A stretch of 60,639 nt of DNA, filler included, from Nemertoderma westbladi (GCA_032718475.1; 3 parts of 3 records of this genome joined end to end with filler, not necessarily neighbours in it), one strand, 5' to 3'; positions 14,201 to 25,000 are shown, counted from the first letter of the whole stretch. Numbers and translations: made by a program. Notes: generated by a model from the sequence alone, not told the origin.

Positions 14201-14484
14201 AGACTTCTCAAGAGGAAGACAGCGGGAAAGACACTGAAAGATCTTACTATGACAACAAAGCGCCTAAGGACATAAGTAAATTCAAGTCTCGAACCAATGA
14301 CAGGAGAGAACAGGTAAGAAAAACTCCTGCTACGTCTCCTAAGAGAATTCATGTAAGAAAGCCCGAGGAAAGAACGAGTGTGCACAACGTTACCCAAAGT
14401 AAGGTAAGTAACATCAAACCAAAATGTGTGCTGTGTGACGGGCCCCACCGTTTAAGTGCGTGTGATGAATTCCTGACAGCATGA
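11224..14484 (+). CDS. BEL/Pao Gag with long N-terminal extension, truncated (1086 aa)
   Basis: DUF1759-type Gag core (KFNGDEMKWLPF..KLRFLIECLEG..LNIRYG) and knuckle CVLCDGPHRLSAC. Close homologue of the copy 2 ORF. Confidence 0.88.
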   Translation: MADTRQTLSDSLLETTVCFSDRSIENPRPRSETPPTVRKATPTVAVSEPRLVEAISQFAKLVKRRRSVIGPRAQVKRYQEAAVKQQQPPSRELISQRPDSSSSSDTVELTPERGAKMADAVYSEPLLILPAAVLTRVLIAVEEHQIDWARSKRSTKDSYAGYTREELKSIVESQWNFPGPGLPFDLSEAAWEDIHRMGVTKETSDPAVWKRSAAGYVQGFFSSMERLEEQLFRQPQGPQEKGQLLYQVRERILRIRLILSAFEEASKRRQDTLQVAVKTWFQRVSLQVQGTAQWKSQLAKRSTHGESTDATFSQVESEAIAEKPHERDAIDIYLSDYQRFVGDEELRRRLAGLHPNSEGAKLVLDAIDAEMLAANQAKFDERLRISRVQEEQVKKKRIEDRKIAAAAASEVERKAAVAAAEAERKAAEAVAEAERRASEETTQLELENLQENQDYINKQITASQMQMINRFTPKRQGFTSSDEGDTTDPEGGGNRSRLSRRRRMPHHQKLPDLPPAVRRQLASTDLGSTEPTDQIIRIERLPTIVDEPEIIRPVLEATPSVIETPVLPEPTSKFPLHSTKLPVPSRTVPESEPVLDAERDIKNLSPVVSRSPATTLATPASAVEWVDEGRREMGLLLGQLREHRECSSQQVREMEGTVQQFKGTVRESRLELQEVQQSIVLERDKLVNIQKGIPPPPVTMCQPVRSEVFHAQGVEPTRIYTASEVETPIVNPIKGNYKPVDNDIPYRLDNNPRNLYTDNSILNNTMAQESFTRQMARTEARQAVKVGEIVKFNGDEMKWLPFNEYYKDNIQNSVLSNGEKLRFLIECLEGSPKLMALKFIGHPDGLRQVWDTLNIRYGNRTNIARYLYAKLMAPRKFLSSGIIEFSDEIQEICRQLDWLDSHEYQNSMVVGALASTLPKGGVGTRWDKKVLYMMEQQQRDPTMADLMSFLDGEVKLQLLKQSREKTPENKVSEKPVSRRKVIPVCYTDDGESQTSQEEDSGKDTERSYYDNKAPKDISKFKSRTNDRREQVRKTPATSPKRIHVRKPEERTSVHNVTQSKVSNIKPKCVLCDGPHRLSACDEFLTA

Positions 14485-15065
14485 GTCGGCAGTCCTATAA
14501 AGTAACCGCAGCTTCTATTTAAATTCGCTCGCACAGTTATCTTATAAATTACTAGCTAGATTACAATTCTCATAACATTTCATTAACTAAATTTTATAAA
14601 AGTATCTTTCGCTATCTCTTATTTCGCGAGCACTGACTCTTTTTTCGTTTAAATGTATTACTTTGTTTGATCGTAACGGAATTGTGGTTCATTGGGTTAG
14701 TAAAAGTTGGAAAGTTATGCGCGTTGGGAGTTTGGTAGACAAAGTAGATAAATTGTCAATGAATTATGATTTATAAATTATTATTCGAACCTAATGATGT
14801 ATTACTTGGTAGTGGGAACTATAAATTTTTGTTTAAAGCGATAAAGGAACGGATACGATACGAAATTCAATTACCGTATTTCGTAATCGTATGATGGATG
14901 AATTTAGTATTTTACTACTTATAAAGTATGATGAACCAATAACAATATTTGATGGTCATTTCCACGTCCACCACCAATTAAACATCCAATTGATTTCCAA
15001 AATAAATACGTCACCTTTTCTTTTTCGTATCGTATCGTATTTTCCCAATATCGCAGTATAGTATC

Positions 15066-15120
15066 CAGGGCCGGATTAAGGTTATCAGGGCTGTGGGCTG
15101 AGTAATAAAAAGGGCCGTTT
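15066..15120 (+). mobile_element. Possible hAT terminus
   Basis: CAGGGCCGGATTAAGG resembles common hAT TIRs. The partner end is not seen and the contig ends at 15498. Confidence 0.35.
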
Positions 15121-15498
15121 TCCAACGGGTAAAAAATAACATGAAAAACTAAATATTTTACATATAATTATTATTAATTATTTACTATAAAGAAACCGAG
15201 TGCTAATTACAGCAATGGAGTAAACTCAAAAATTAATGCAAAAACCACCATCACCTACAACTGAAAGAAAGACACAGAATTGTTTAATATTACAGTAAAT
15301 TATTAACTAATAAAATACTAATTACAATACATAAAACGTACAATAAAATTTTAATATACTGTATAATATCGTGACCATAAAGCCAGAACAACACATATAT
15401 ACCACAATTTTTCAAAAAAAAATTTTTTTACCAAAAATACTCAAGATGGCGTTCTACATCTTATGGTAAAATCCTAGACTTGTATGTCAGTCCGTTTA

Positions 15499-15598
15499 NN
15501 NNNNNNNNNNNNNNNNNNNNNNNNNNNNNNNNNNNNNNNNNNTTAATTAATTAANNNNNNNNNNNNNNNNNNNNNNNNNNNNNNNNNNNNNNNNNNNN
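15499..15598. other. Artificial contig linker (44 N + TTAATTAATTAA + 44 N)
   Basis: Identical construct at 45170-45269; the 12-mer puts stop codons in all six frames. Confidence 0.97.
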
Positions 15599-15663
15599 AT
15601 AAACATTGAAACCAATGGCATTGCATACCGCAGGATATATAATAATACATTATTTAAATAAGG

Positions 15664-17222
15664 TTAAAAAAAAAAAAACATATCTGGGTCAACACCCCGA
15701 ATCCCCGCCCCATCCCCAAACCCGAGGCCCCGCCATGGCCTCCTACCACCCCGGAGGCACAGAGAGGTCGCCCGAAGGAGACCAAACTGCAGCCGCTGCC
15801 TCACCGCACCCAAAACCTCTCCCAAACCCCACTGTCTCATCCCAACCCTCTTAGAGCATAGGGTCTCCGCAAGGTGCTGGATGAATACAGTCGCCTCCGC
15901 ACCCCACACACCATCGGTGGAACACTCCAACGGGGTGAAGTGCATCCTGCGGGATTCGCAGGCCTCCTGGTAGTGGGCCCGCTTGACCAGCTCCCTCTGG
16001 GCGAGTAAGGTCTCCGTTGAGGCGTTTGAGCGAACATAGGAAGTGGCGTCGAGATTTATAATCGATACGTCGAAAGACGCCACTACCTGGTTCGCCCAAA
16101 CACCCCTGGATACCAACTCCGCCCTCACCCCCTCCACCGCCTGCCCATCCGAGACCAGGTGACCTTCGGCCAGGGTGACCTCCTGCTCGACGTTAGTCGC
16201 ACCGAAGGCCTCCGCAAGAAGGTCACCAAACACGTCCCGGATCTCATTGTGCCGGCGAATAACTAGCCCTCCGACCTTGCAGCTGAGAGAGTGCACAGTG
16301 TCGTAGGGCTCACCGCAGCCCTCGTAGTTTACTGGAAGGTCTGGGGGCGCCATACTATACCGCAACGCGAGGTTGTCCCGAAAAGACTGCGGGTCCAGGT
16401 TGGTGTGGTCTATGGGCGAGGGTTGCGCGGAGAGCCATCCACCAGTCTTGTATTTCGCCGCCCGGCTGACAGTTCGGCGCTGATCAGGTGGGAACGCCAC
16501 CAGAGAGGCCTCGAATTTGGCCTTACAGGCGGCGTCCTGTGTCTGTCGACACTCGACAAGGGCTGTCTTGAGGCAGGCGACGTGGTCAGCAATGTGGAGA
16601 CGCCCGCCAGTCTCTATGGCCTCCACAACCCTCGCAGTACTGGAAGTCGATGCGAGATGGGCCGGCCCGGATCACTCGATGGGGTCCCGGATGCCCAGAC
16701 CACTGTGTCGGACTGGGAGAAGCAGGAGCCGATCGAGGGCCGGGCTTGGGGTCGAACCAAAGAGAGAGGGGATGTATCGGTTGACCAACATCGACCGGAT
16801 CGGAGCGAGTTCTGACTCTTGTGGGTTGCACACCCGGAGGATGTAGTCCCACTCAGCTTGCAGACAGCGGCTCATCGCTGAGTGGGCTGTCTGAGGGAAC
16901 TCTGTCGCGACGTCCGCTAGGATGTCAATGGACTTCGTCCAGCCAGACACCTTCTCCGCTAGAAACGCACGCTTGCCAACGGAGTCGCCAACATAGCCTC
17001 CAAGAAAGCGGTGGCCATGAGATATCCGGACACCACTGGAGCCGAATATCTCGTCTATATCGCGTCTTCCAGTCCATGTTTGCTAACCAACTGGCTCTTA
17101 CTCGGCTCGGGGAAGTATCCGATTGAGGGGCCGAATTCTTTCAGCATCAGCCACCACCGATGTACAGCTGCCAGTCTGTCAACAGCCGAGGCGTTGTCAG
17201 CGTACCAACACTGACAGCATTC
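15664..17222 (-). mobile_element. 5'-truncated CRE-clade non-LTR retrotransposon (RT C-terminus, Zn knuckle, restriction-like endonuclease), frameshifted
   Basis: QCWYADN (degenerate YADD), GPSIGYFPEPSKS, LPVRHSGLGI, GGWLSAQP, GCG..HSLSC, RRHNEIRD, FDVSI, ELVKR, STDGVWG. Confidence 0.85.
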
Positions 17223-17242
17223 CGAGCGCTTGTTGCATGGTT

Positions 17243-17432
17243 CTTGCACAGCCGGTGAAGTCGGGGGAACGACCGAGTCCATTAGGCGCGCGACATCAGC
17301 CTGCACCGCCGGTGAAGGCAGAGAAACGTCCAAGTCTGTTATGGGCGCGACAAGCGTCTGCACCGCTGGTGAAGTCGGAGGAATGACAGACTCCGTTACT
17401 GGCGCGACAACCGCCTGCACCGATGGTGAAGT
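17243..17432 (-). repeat. 57-bp tandem repeat (~3.3 units) encoding a 19-aa Ser/Pro/Val-rich repeat
   Basis: TGCACC..GGTGAAG recurs with a 57-nt period; translates as SP(S/A)VQ..VA..T.....P. Confidence 0.8.
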
Positions 17433-17629
17433 AATGTGAAGAAGTGAATAATTTTTACACATTAAATAAGTTGAAAATAATTGGATAATTTTGATCTGAA
17501 ATGTTGTTTCTTTGAGCAATCTATCCGTTACCATGGAATCAACAACAATGTTAAATTGAAATTCAAATTAACTTTACCAGTTACCTCTGTCTACAATGTT
17601 ATAAATAAGTAATTTATTTTGTTTCTTAG

Positions 17630-18121
17630 GATCCCCAGGTTTTAGGGACACTCCCACCGATATTTGTTTGTTTGATTGGCAGGGTTACCGTATAGGTCAC
17701 GTTGGGTGGGAAATGGGTTGGCTACTCTTCACCAGCGTAGAGGCCAAAAACTATCTTGAATATCTTCAGTTCGGACAAGGTAAGCGAATTAAAGCTATAG
17801 TAATTACCAAATGCCCCCCCCCCCCCCCCAAACATTCTGACCATACTGAACCTGTCAAATTTGTAATATTTATCTAATATTTTTCCAGAACACTGGTTGG
17901 AGATGATAATGCATTACAGGAGATTGCTGGGTGTATCTGGAACATTAACAGCTGAAAGTACATATAAGACCAAAGAATGGAAGACTGCCTTATTGACGAG
18001 TGCATCAATGTTGTTTAATTTGATTGCCATGGGATTAAAAGATGGACTAGAGACCGAGATGGTGAAACAGATAATGACTCGGGTTATTAATATTTACAAG
18101 AATAGAGAAATATTCAGCTAA
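17630..18121 (+). CDS. EcKinase-like (DUF227, choline/aminoglycoside kinase-like) gene A, last two exons (17630-17779, 17889-18121)
   Basis: ICLFDWQGYRIGHVGWEMGWLLFTS fits the EcKL D(F/W)Q..G...DL...L..S motif. Acceptor TTCTTAG, donor GTAAGC and acceptor TTCCAG are phase-1 compatible; stop at 18119-18121. Confidence 0.75.
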
Positions 18122-18484
18122 AACCATAAAAGAAAATATGTCTAGGTTTAATATCGTTCATGTAACTGATTTATCCACCGGTAAAATTATGTTTATATTA
18201 ATTGGAATCGATACACCCCCAAATGGGGTAAACGTATTACAAAATGAATTCATAGTAATTCAAAAAAAATCATTACAAAATAATGAAACTTTGTGATAAT
18301 TATGAAATTATGTGTAAAATTATGTGTAAAATAATTATATCTGAACCCCACTGGCCGATATTGTATTCCTTCGTTTGTCAGTATTGATATCTTATATTTT
18401 ATATTTAGTTAGTTGCGCACATAAGCTCACCACCAGGTCATTTAATTCACCGCCGTGTTCGGAGAAATATACAGTTAATGACAC

Positions 18485-18952
18485 ATACACCCCATTGGCC
18501 ACCCCATCGGCCACACCTCACCGGCCACTCCCCATCGGCCAAACACCATCGGCCACACCTCACCGGCCACTCTACATCGGCCAAACACCATCGGCCACAC
18601 CCCATCGGCCACACCTCACCGGACACTCCACATCGGCCACACACCATCGTCCACACCCCATCGGCCACATCCGATCGGACATGCCCCATCAGCCACACCC
18701 AATCGGCCATGCCACATCGGCCACACCCCATCGGTCACCCCATCAGCCACACCCGATCAGACATGCTCCATTGGCCACACTTAACGGCCACGCCCCATCG
18801 GCCGCGCCACATCGACCACACACCATCGGCCACACCCCATCGGCCACATCTCACCGGCCACTCCACATCGACACACCATCGGCCACACCCCATCGGCCAC
18901 ACTTCACTGGCCACGCCACATCGGCCACACACCATCGGCCACACCCCATCGT
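18485..18952. repeat. Degenerate CATCGGCCACAC(C) tandem array, probably part of a non-autonomous DNA element
   Basis: Dozens of 13-17-nt units; explains the overlapping His/Pro-rich ORFs. Confidence 0.85.
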
Positions 18953-19160
18953 GTAATCATTGTACTGGTAAGCCTGAGTGAGCATCATTAGGCCCCTTAA
19001 ACAAGCAACAAAATTTATGGTAGGTTTTGTCTCAGTTTCATTTCTGAAGGCAGTAATGTATTCAACAAAATATTAAAAAAAATAATTCAACAAAATTACC
19101 AATTCAACAAAATAGTAACTGAAATGAACCATTACTAAAGCTGTACTGTAGCTGGAAACC

Positions 19161-20310
19161 TGTAAAAGCTTTTGCGTAATTAGCCGGTTATTTTCCCCGT
19201 AAAGTACTCTGTAGTTGGTTTACTGGGCATAAAAAGGCCGTGTCCTTACTGTACTGGTGTTTTAGAGGACATAAAAGCCATTTCTTCTGTATTTGTACTT
19301 TAGAGGACATAATCCGCAATTTCGGGACGCAATAAGCTCGATACTCTTGAAAACAGTATCGCTACCATGACGACGGCTAACAGCTGATATTGCCACGTCG
19401 ACATTTCTTTGTTCTCTCGTTGTTCGGTCGACCAATCAGAGCGTTTTTTGTCTCTGTGTTGGAGGTGGATACAGAAACTCAGTAATTCAGTGTATATGTT
19501 TTTGCCCAGAGCCTAAGAACACCGGCTTTTGGCACCTCCGTGTTTCAGTCTTTAGTCTTACATTAGTAGGCTTAATTATAGAACGTATATCTGTTATCTT
19601 ACCAAACAAACTATATCTTACTCAATATAATCATTCATATCTTAACATTGCTGCTTTTGCTGTCGGTTATTCATTATATTTGTTGATGAAATATTATATT
19701 CGGAATACTGATAAACAATCAGACACCCCAATCTTCTTGATATACTAAAGGTTAGAGAGACCGGATACATATAACGATTGCGACTTACATTAAGTGGTTT
19801 GAAGTGGATCTAATGCTATTTTATAGGCCCTACACGTATTGTCTGTTGTTCTCCTTATATGTGACTAAAATTAGTGAAGGTCGGCAGATTAGTGTGCAGT
19901 ATTGTGCAGCATTGTGTATGATTATAACTGATAACAAAGCATCTCCTAAAGAATGCGCCATATACGTTAATCTATAGCCATTCCGTTGTGTCTAGTTTAA
20001 GTCATAACTCTGTTTACATATTTAGAGCGCCACGTCCTAAAGGAACTGTTAATATTTCCCGAAAGTGAATAATATTTGTCAGAGATTATATATTACGATC
20101 AGTCGAATAATACAGTAGGCTTACACCTAAATCAAGTTAAGCTTCCGAATCCAGTCTCCCGGGTATATCCAGCGGGTGAATGGTTGCGCATAGACTGGCT
20201 TCGGCTAATGTAGTGTATCAAATACTCGTCATAGGCTAAAGACTATCTATCATCTAAAAGACATCCCAATTTGGCAGGTTAAACTGTCAAAGGTCTTAAA
20301 AGCGCAAACA
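19161..20310 (+). repeat. 5' LTR of BEL/Pao copy 2 (1150 bp)
   Basis: Direct repeat of 31207-32365. CCAAT box at ~19432 and TCAGT initiator-like motifs at ~19479-19490 and ~19545. Confidence 0.96.
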
Positions 20311-20321
20311 ATAACAGATAT
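20311..20321 (+). promoter_or_regulatory. Non-tRNA primer-binding site candidate ATAACAGATAT, complementary to LTR 19587-19597
   Basis: Occupies the PBS position and lacks TGG. Copy 1 has ATAACAGTTAT (9260-9270), complementary to 8527-8537. Confidence 0.6.
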
Positions 20322-22059
20322 TGCTTCTGGATTGCGGCGTAAGCAATCAAGACGAAAGTACCGGTCGACCGGAAACCTGTAGGCCTGACTGCCTGATCAC
20401 CCGGACCGGTACTTACAGCAGTACAGCTACAGCAGTATTATTCGATTGTGAAATTGTATACCGGTAGGCTGTTTAACAGATTAGGGACTGTACACCCCTT
20501 GTTTCTTTTGGAGCTTACTTATTTCTGTCAAGTTTTGTTTATTTGTAGGCCAGTATTGAGCAGAAGGCGTGTAAGCCTGCTCAGATTGTACAGATAATTA
20601 GTAGGCTTGACTGAAAACTGAAAGTTAAGACTGAAAAGTCTTTGTTTAGGCTTGATAGTAGTCTGTCAGTATTTAGTCTGCATTTTGTTTGAGTAGTTTG
20701 TACGCGTAGCGTAATATTTATTATTCAGAGTTTATGCGATTATTCGTAACATTCATATCCCCAAGTTTATTCCTACAGTAATTGTGCTTGTTATACATAC
20801 CGTTATAGTTAAACTAACCCCGGTACTACATCAGGGCTGCTCGGCGTAGGTAAAGACTGGAGATTTTGTGCTTTGGTCACTCCGGCAGATACCGTGGTTC
20901 TTTTAGCTGTTCAAGTATTTTTAACTACTAATTATTTGTTGTACAAGTACTTGTACCTAATTTAGGGTTTAGTGTACAGTACTTTCCGAAGGTGATTAGT
21001 GTGTAGGCAGTATATTTGTGTTGTAAAGTGGTTAATAGGCACGTTGGTTCTGGTAGACCGCGGTAATTAACTTCTGGGTAGGAACACTCTGTGATACATA
21101 ACGTAGTACCTATAGCGATACGGCTATAGGTCGTCAGACGGTGGTATTTTCCTATCTGGACAACGCAGTATATTTACTACTACTTATTATTTTCAAATAC
21201 CGTAGTAACCTGTCCGTTGTAATAACCAGATATTCTAACCCTTTGTTAGGCTGGTTTGTAGATTCCCTGTAAAATTACCCTAAAAATTCGTATTTGTAAT
21301 TTTTGTGTTTATTTAGAGATTGTAATCTCACCCCGATTGTACGTAATTTGTAGTAATAAGTAACTTAGGTAAATTAGAATTATTTGTTTTAGTGTCCAAC
21401 AAGTAGCACTCCACTGAGAGCGCACAGCTTCTGTGTAGTGACTCCCCCCAGAAATAATAACATTTATTTCAAACATTGACAAAAACCCATTTCCACGGGT
21501 ATATATATATTATAAATCAACTCAAACGATTTATAAATAGTAGGCCTGCCATACAATAATTAGGTCTCAATATCAGTTGGACTACTGCTTAAATAACGGT
21601 AATAAAGTAAGTTAAAGTAACCAAGTAACCCTTAAAATTCAGAAATTCAAATTATTCTAAAATAATTGACATACCGGTATTCACGATAGGCTTATTATAT
21701 TTATTTCTATAAATTTAGGCTGAAATCATACCGGTATTCTGTAATTAATTCTAGTCTGTAATTATACTTATATATATACATTATAAGTGTAAATTGTATA
21801 CCGGTATTTACGATAGGCCTATTATATATATATAAATTTTGGCTGTAATTATACCGGTATTCTGTAATTAATTCTAGTTAATAATAATACTTATATATAC
21901 TATAAGCATACCGGTATTCTAATATATTATATTATATATATATCACGCTACACTGAGTAGCAGTATCGGTAATTAATTACTAGGCTAGCAGTTAATACTG
22001 AAGTACTAGACTTGCTTAGACTGTAATATAGCAGTAGGCATACAACTGTGCAAACAAAC

Positions 22060-25000
22060 ATGTCTGATACTAAGCAGAACCTGTCAGACAGTTTATTAGA
22101 TGTAACTATCTGCGACTCAGATAGGGGTGTAGAACCGTCTAGACCTAAGTTCAGTTCACCTCCCACTGTGAGGAAGGTCATCCCTCCAGTAGTAATATCA
22201 GAACCTAGGCTGGTCCAACATCGTAGGTCTATCATAGGCACTCGAGCTCAGGTCAAGCGGGACCAAGAAGCAGCGGAACAGCAACAACCCGCGAGCCAAG
22301 AACTTATTTCTCAGCGGCCCGACAGCTCCAGTAGTGAGGATACTGTAGAGCTGACACCCGAGTGCGGAGCAAAGATGACGGATGCGGTTTATTCGGATCC
22401 CCTTCTCATCCTTCCTGCAGCCGTACTCACTAGGTTATTGATTGCGGTGGAAGAACACCAGATCGATTGGGCGAGAAATAAGCGATCGACTAAAGATAGT
22501 TATGCGGGATACACAAGGGAAGAACTGAAGTCTATTGTCGAGTCGCAATGGAACTTCCCCGGGCCCGGACTCCCGTTTGATTTATCAGAAGCTGCCTGGG
22601 AAGACATACACCGGATGGGAGTAACCAAGGAGACCATCGATCCAGCTTTGTGGAAGAGGTCCGCAGCCGGATACGCACAGGGATTCTTAAGCTCTATGGA
22701 GCGAGTAGAAAAACAACTGTTTCAACAACCCCAAGGACCTCAAGAGCAGGGACAACTGCTTTATCAAGTTAGAGAAAGAATTCTACGAATCAGGCTAATC
22801 TTATCAGCCTTTGAGGAGGCTTCTAAAAGAAGACAAGACACGTCGTTGCAAGTTGCCGTAAAGACTTGGTTTAAACGGCTGAGTCTCCAGGTGCAGGGAA
22901 CGACTCAGTGGAAAGCCCAACTGGATGAGCGCTCAACCCATGGAGAATCAACAGACGCTACTTTTTCCCTAGTGGAAAGTGAAGCGACGGCAGAGAAGCC
23001 GCATAAGAGGGATGCTATTGACATCTATCTGTCGGACTATCAACGTTTTGTAGGAGATGAAGAGTTGAGGAGAAGACTAGAGGGGCTTAGCCCTAATAGT
23101 GAAGGAGCCCAGCGTGTGTTGGACGCAATCGATGTGGATAGGTTAGCTGCGAACCAAGCTAAATTCAATGAAAGCATCCGCATCGCTAAGGTTCAAGAAG
23201 AACAAGTAAAGAAAAAACGTATAGAGGACAGAAAGATAGCAGCAGTGGCAGCAGCAGTGGCAGCGGCAGAAGCGGAAAGAAAGGCTGTAGAAGCGGAAAG
23301 AAAAGCAGCCGAAGTGGAAAGAAAAGCGGCAGCGGCAGCGGCAGAAGCGGAAAGAAAGGCTGTAGAAGCGGAAAGAAAAGCAGCCAAAGTGGAAAGAAAG
23401 GCGGCAGAGGCAGTGGCAGAAGCAGAACGAAAGGCGTCTGAAGAGACTGCCCAACTAGAGTTGGAAAATCTTCAAGAGAAGCAAGACAACTTTAATAAAC
23501 AGCTAACAGCTAGTAATATGCAGATGATGAATCGATCTACTCCCAAAAGGCAGGGATATACATCATCTGAGGAAGGCGATACCACCGATACTGAAGGCAA
23601 AGGAAATAGATCTCGTCTAAGCAGACGTAAAAGAACGTTCCACCGTCAGAAATTGCCTGATTTGCCTCCAGCTGTTAGAAGGCAACTAACTAACACCAAC
23701 TTAGGTAGTACAGAACCCACAGACCAAACAATTAAAATAGAAAGACTCCCTACTATAGTAGATGAGCCTGAAATAATTAGGCCTGTTCTTGAAATCACCC
23801 CTTCGGTGATAGAGACACCTGTACTCCCAGAACCTACCTTTAAATTCCCTTTACACAGCACCAAATTATCTGTGCTTAGGGGAACAGCCCCTGAAACAGT
23901 GTCGGTCCTGGACTCCGAGCGAAATATAAAGGATATATCGCCCGTAGTTTCTCGTCTGCCCGCTACGATGTTGGCGGATCCCGCTTCGGCGGTTGATTGG
24001 GTAGACGAGAGACGGCGGGGGATGGACATTCTCCTCGGAGAGATGAAGGAGAATCGAGTGCGCTCCTCCCAACAGGTCCGAGAGTTAGAAGGGACTGTTC
24101 AACAGTTGAAGGGAACCGTAAAGGAAAGTAGGTTAGAGTTGCAAGAAGTGCAGCAAAGTATCGCGCTAGAACGCGATAAATTAGTAAATTTACAAAAGGG
24201 TATATCACCACCCTCTGTAACAATGTGTCAACCTGTTAGGTCTGAAGTATCTCATGCGCAAGGTGTGGAGCCTACACGCATATATACTGGTAGCGAAGTA
24301 GAAACTCCTATAGTGAACCCTATTAAGGGTAATTATAGACCTGTTGATAATGATATTCCCTATAGACCTGATCATAATCCGAGAAATTTATATACCGATA
24401 ACTCGATATTAAATAACACGATGGCCCAAGAAAGTTTTACGCGCCAAATGGCTAGAACCGAAGCCCGGCAAGCGGTAAAGGTGGGAGAGATCGTCAAGTT
24501 CAATGGAGATGAGATGAAATGGTTACCTTTTAATGAATATTACAAAGATAACATACAGAACTCTGTGCTATCTAATGGAGAGAAACTTAGATTCCTCATC
24601 GAGTGCTTGGAAGGATCTCCCAAGTTAATGGCGTTAAAGTTTATTGGACATCCAGACGGATTAAGACAAGTTTGGGATACACTAAACATCAGGTATGGTA
24701 ATAGGAATAACATAGCTGGGTATTTGTATGCAAAGTTGGTAGCGCCCCGAAAGTTTATTAGCAGCGGGATTATAGAGTTTTCCGATGAGATTCAGGAGAT
24801 CTGCAGACAATTAGATTGGCTAGGTAAGTCTCATGAGTATCAGAGTGCTATGGTTATTAGAGCAGTGGCTTCTACTTTACCGAAGGGTGGAGTAGGTACA
24901 TGCTGGGACAAGAAAGTGTTATATATGATGGAACAACAACAACGAGACCCTACCATGGCTGATCTCATGTCATTCTTGGATGGCGAAGTGAAATTACAGC

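Larger units (their letters stand above)
8105..14476 (+). mobile_element. BEL/Pao LTR retrotransposon copy 1, 3'-truncated in gag
   Basis: Collinear with 19161-25385 (LTR, long leader, gag). Similarity stops at GAATTCCTGA (14476), just after the first Cys/His knuckle. Confidence 0.93.

Noticed and set aside
18375-18981. His/Pro-rich ORFs on both strands
   Set aside because: By-products of the stop-free CATCGGCCACAC array.
8105-20310. LTRs at 8105 and 19161 as the two ends of one element
   Set aside because: They are clearly diverged, each is followed by leader and gag, and 19161 has its own TSD partner at 32366.
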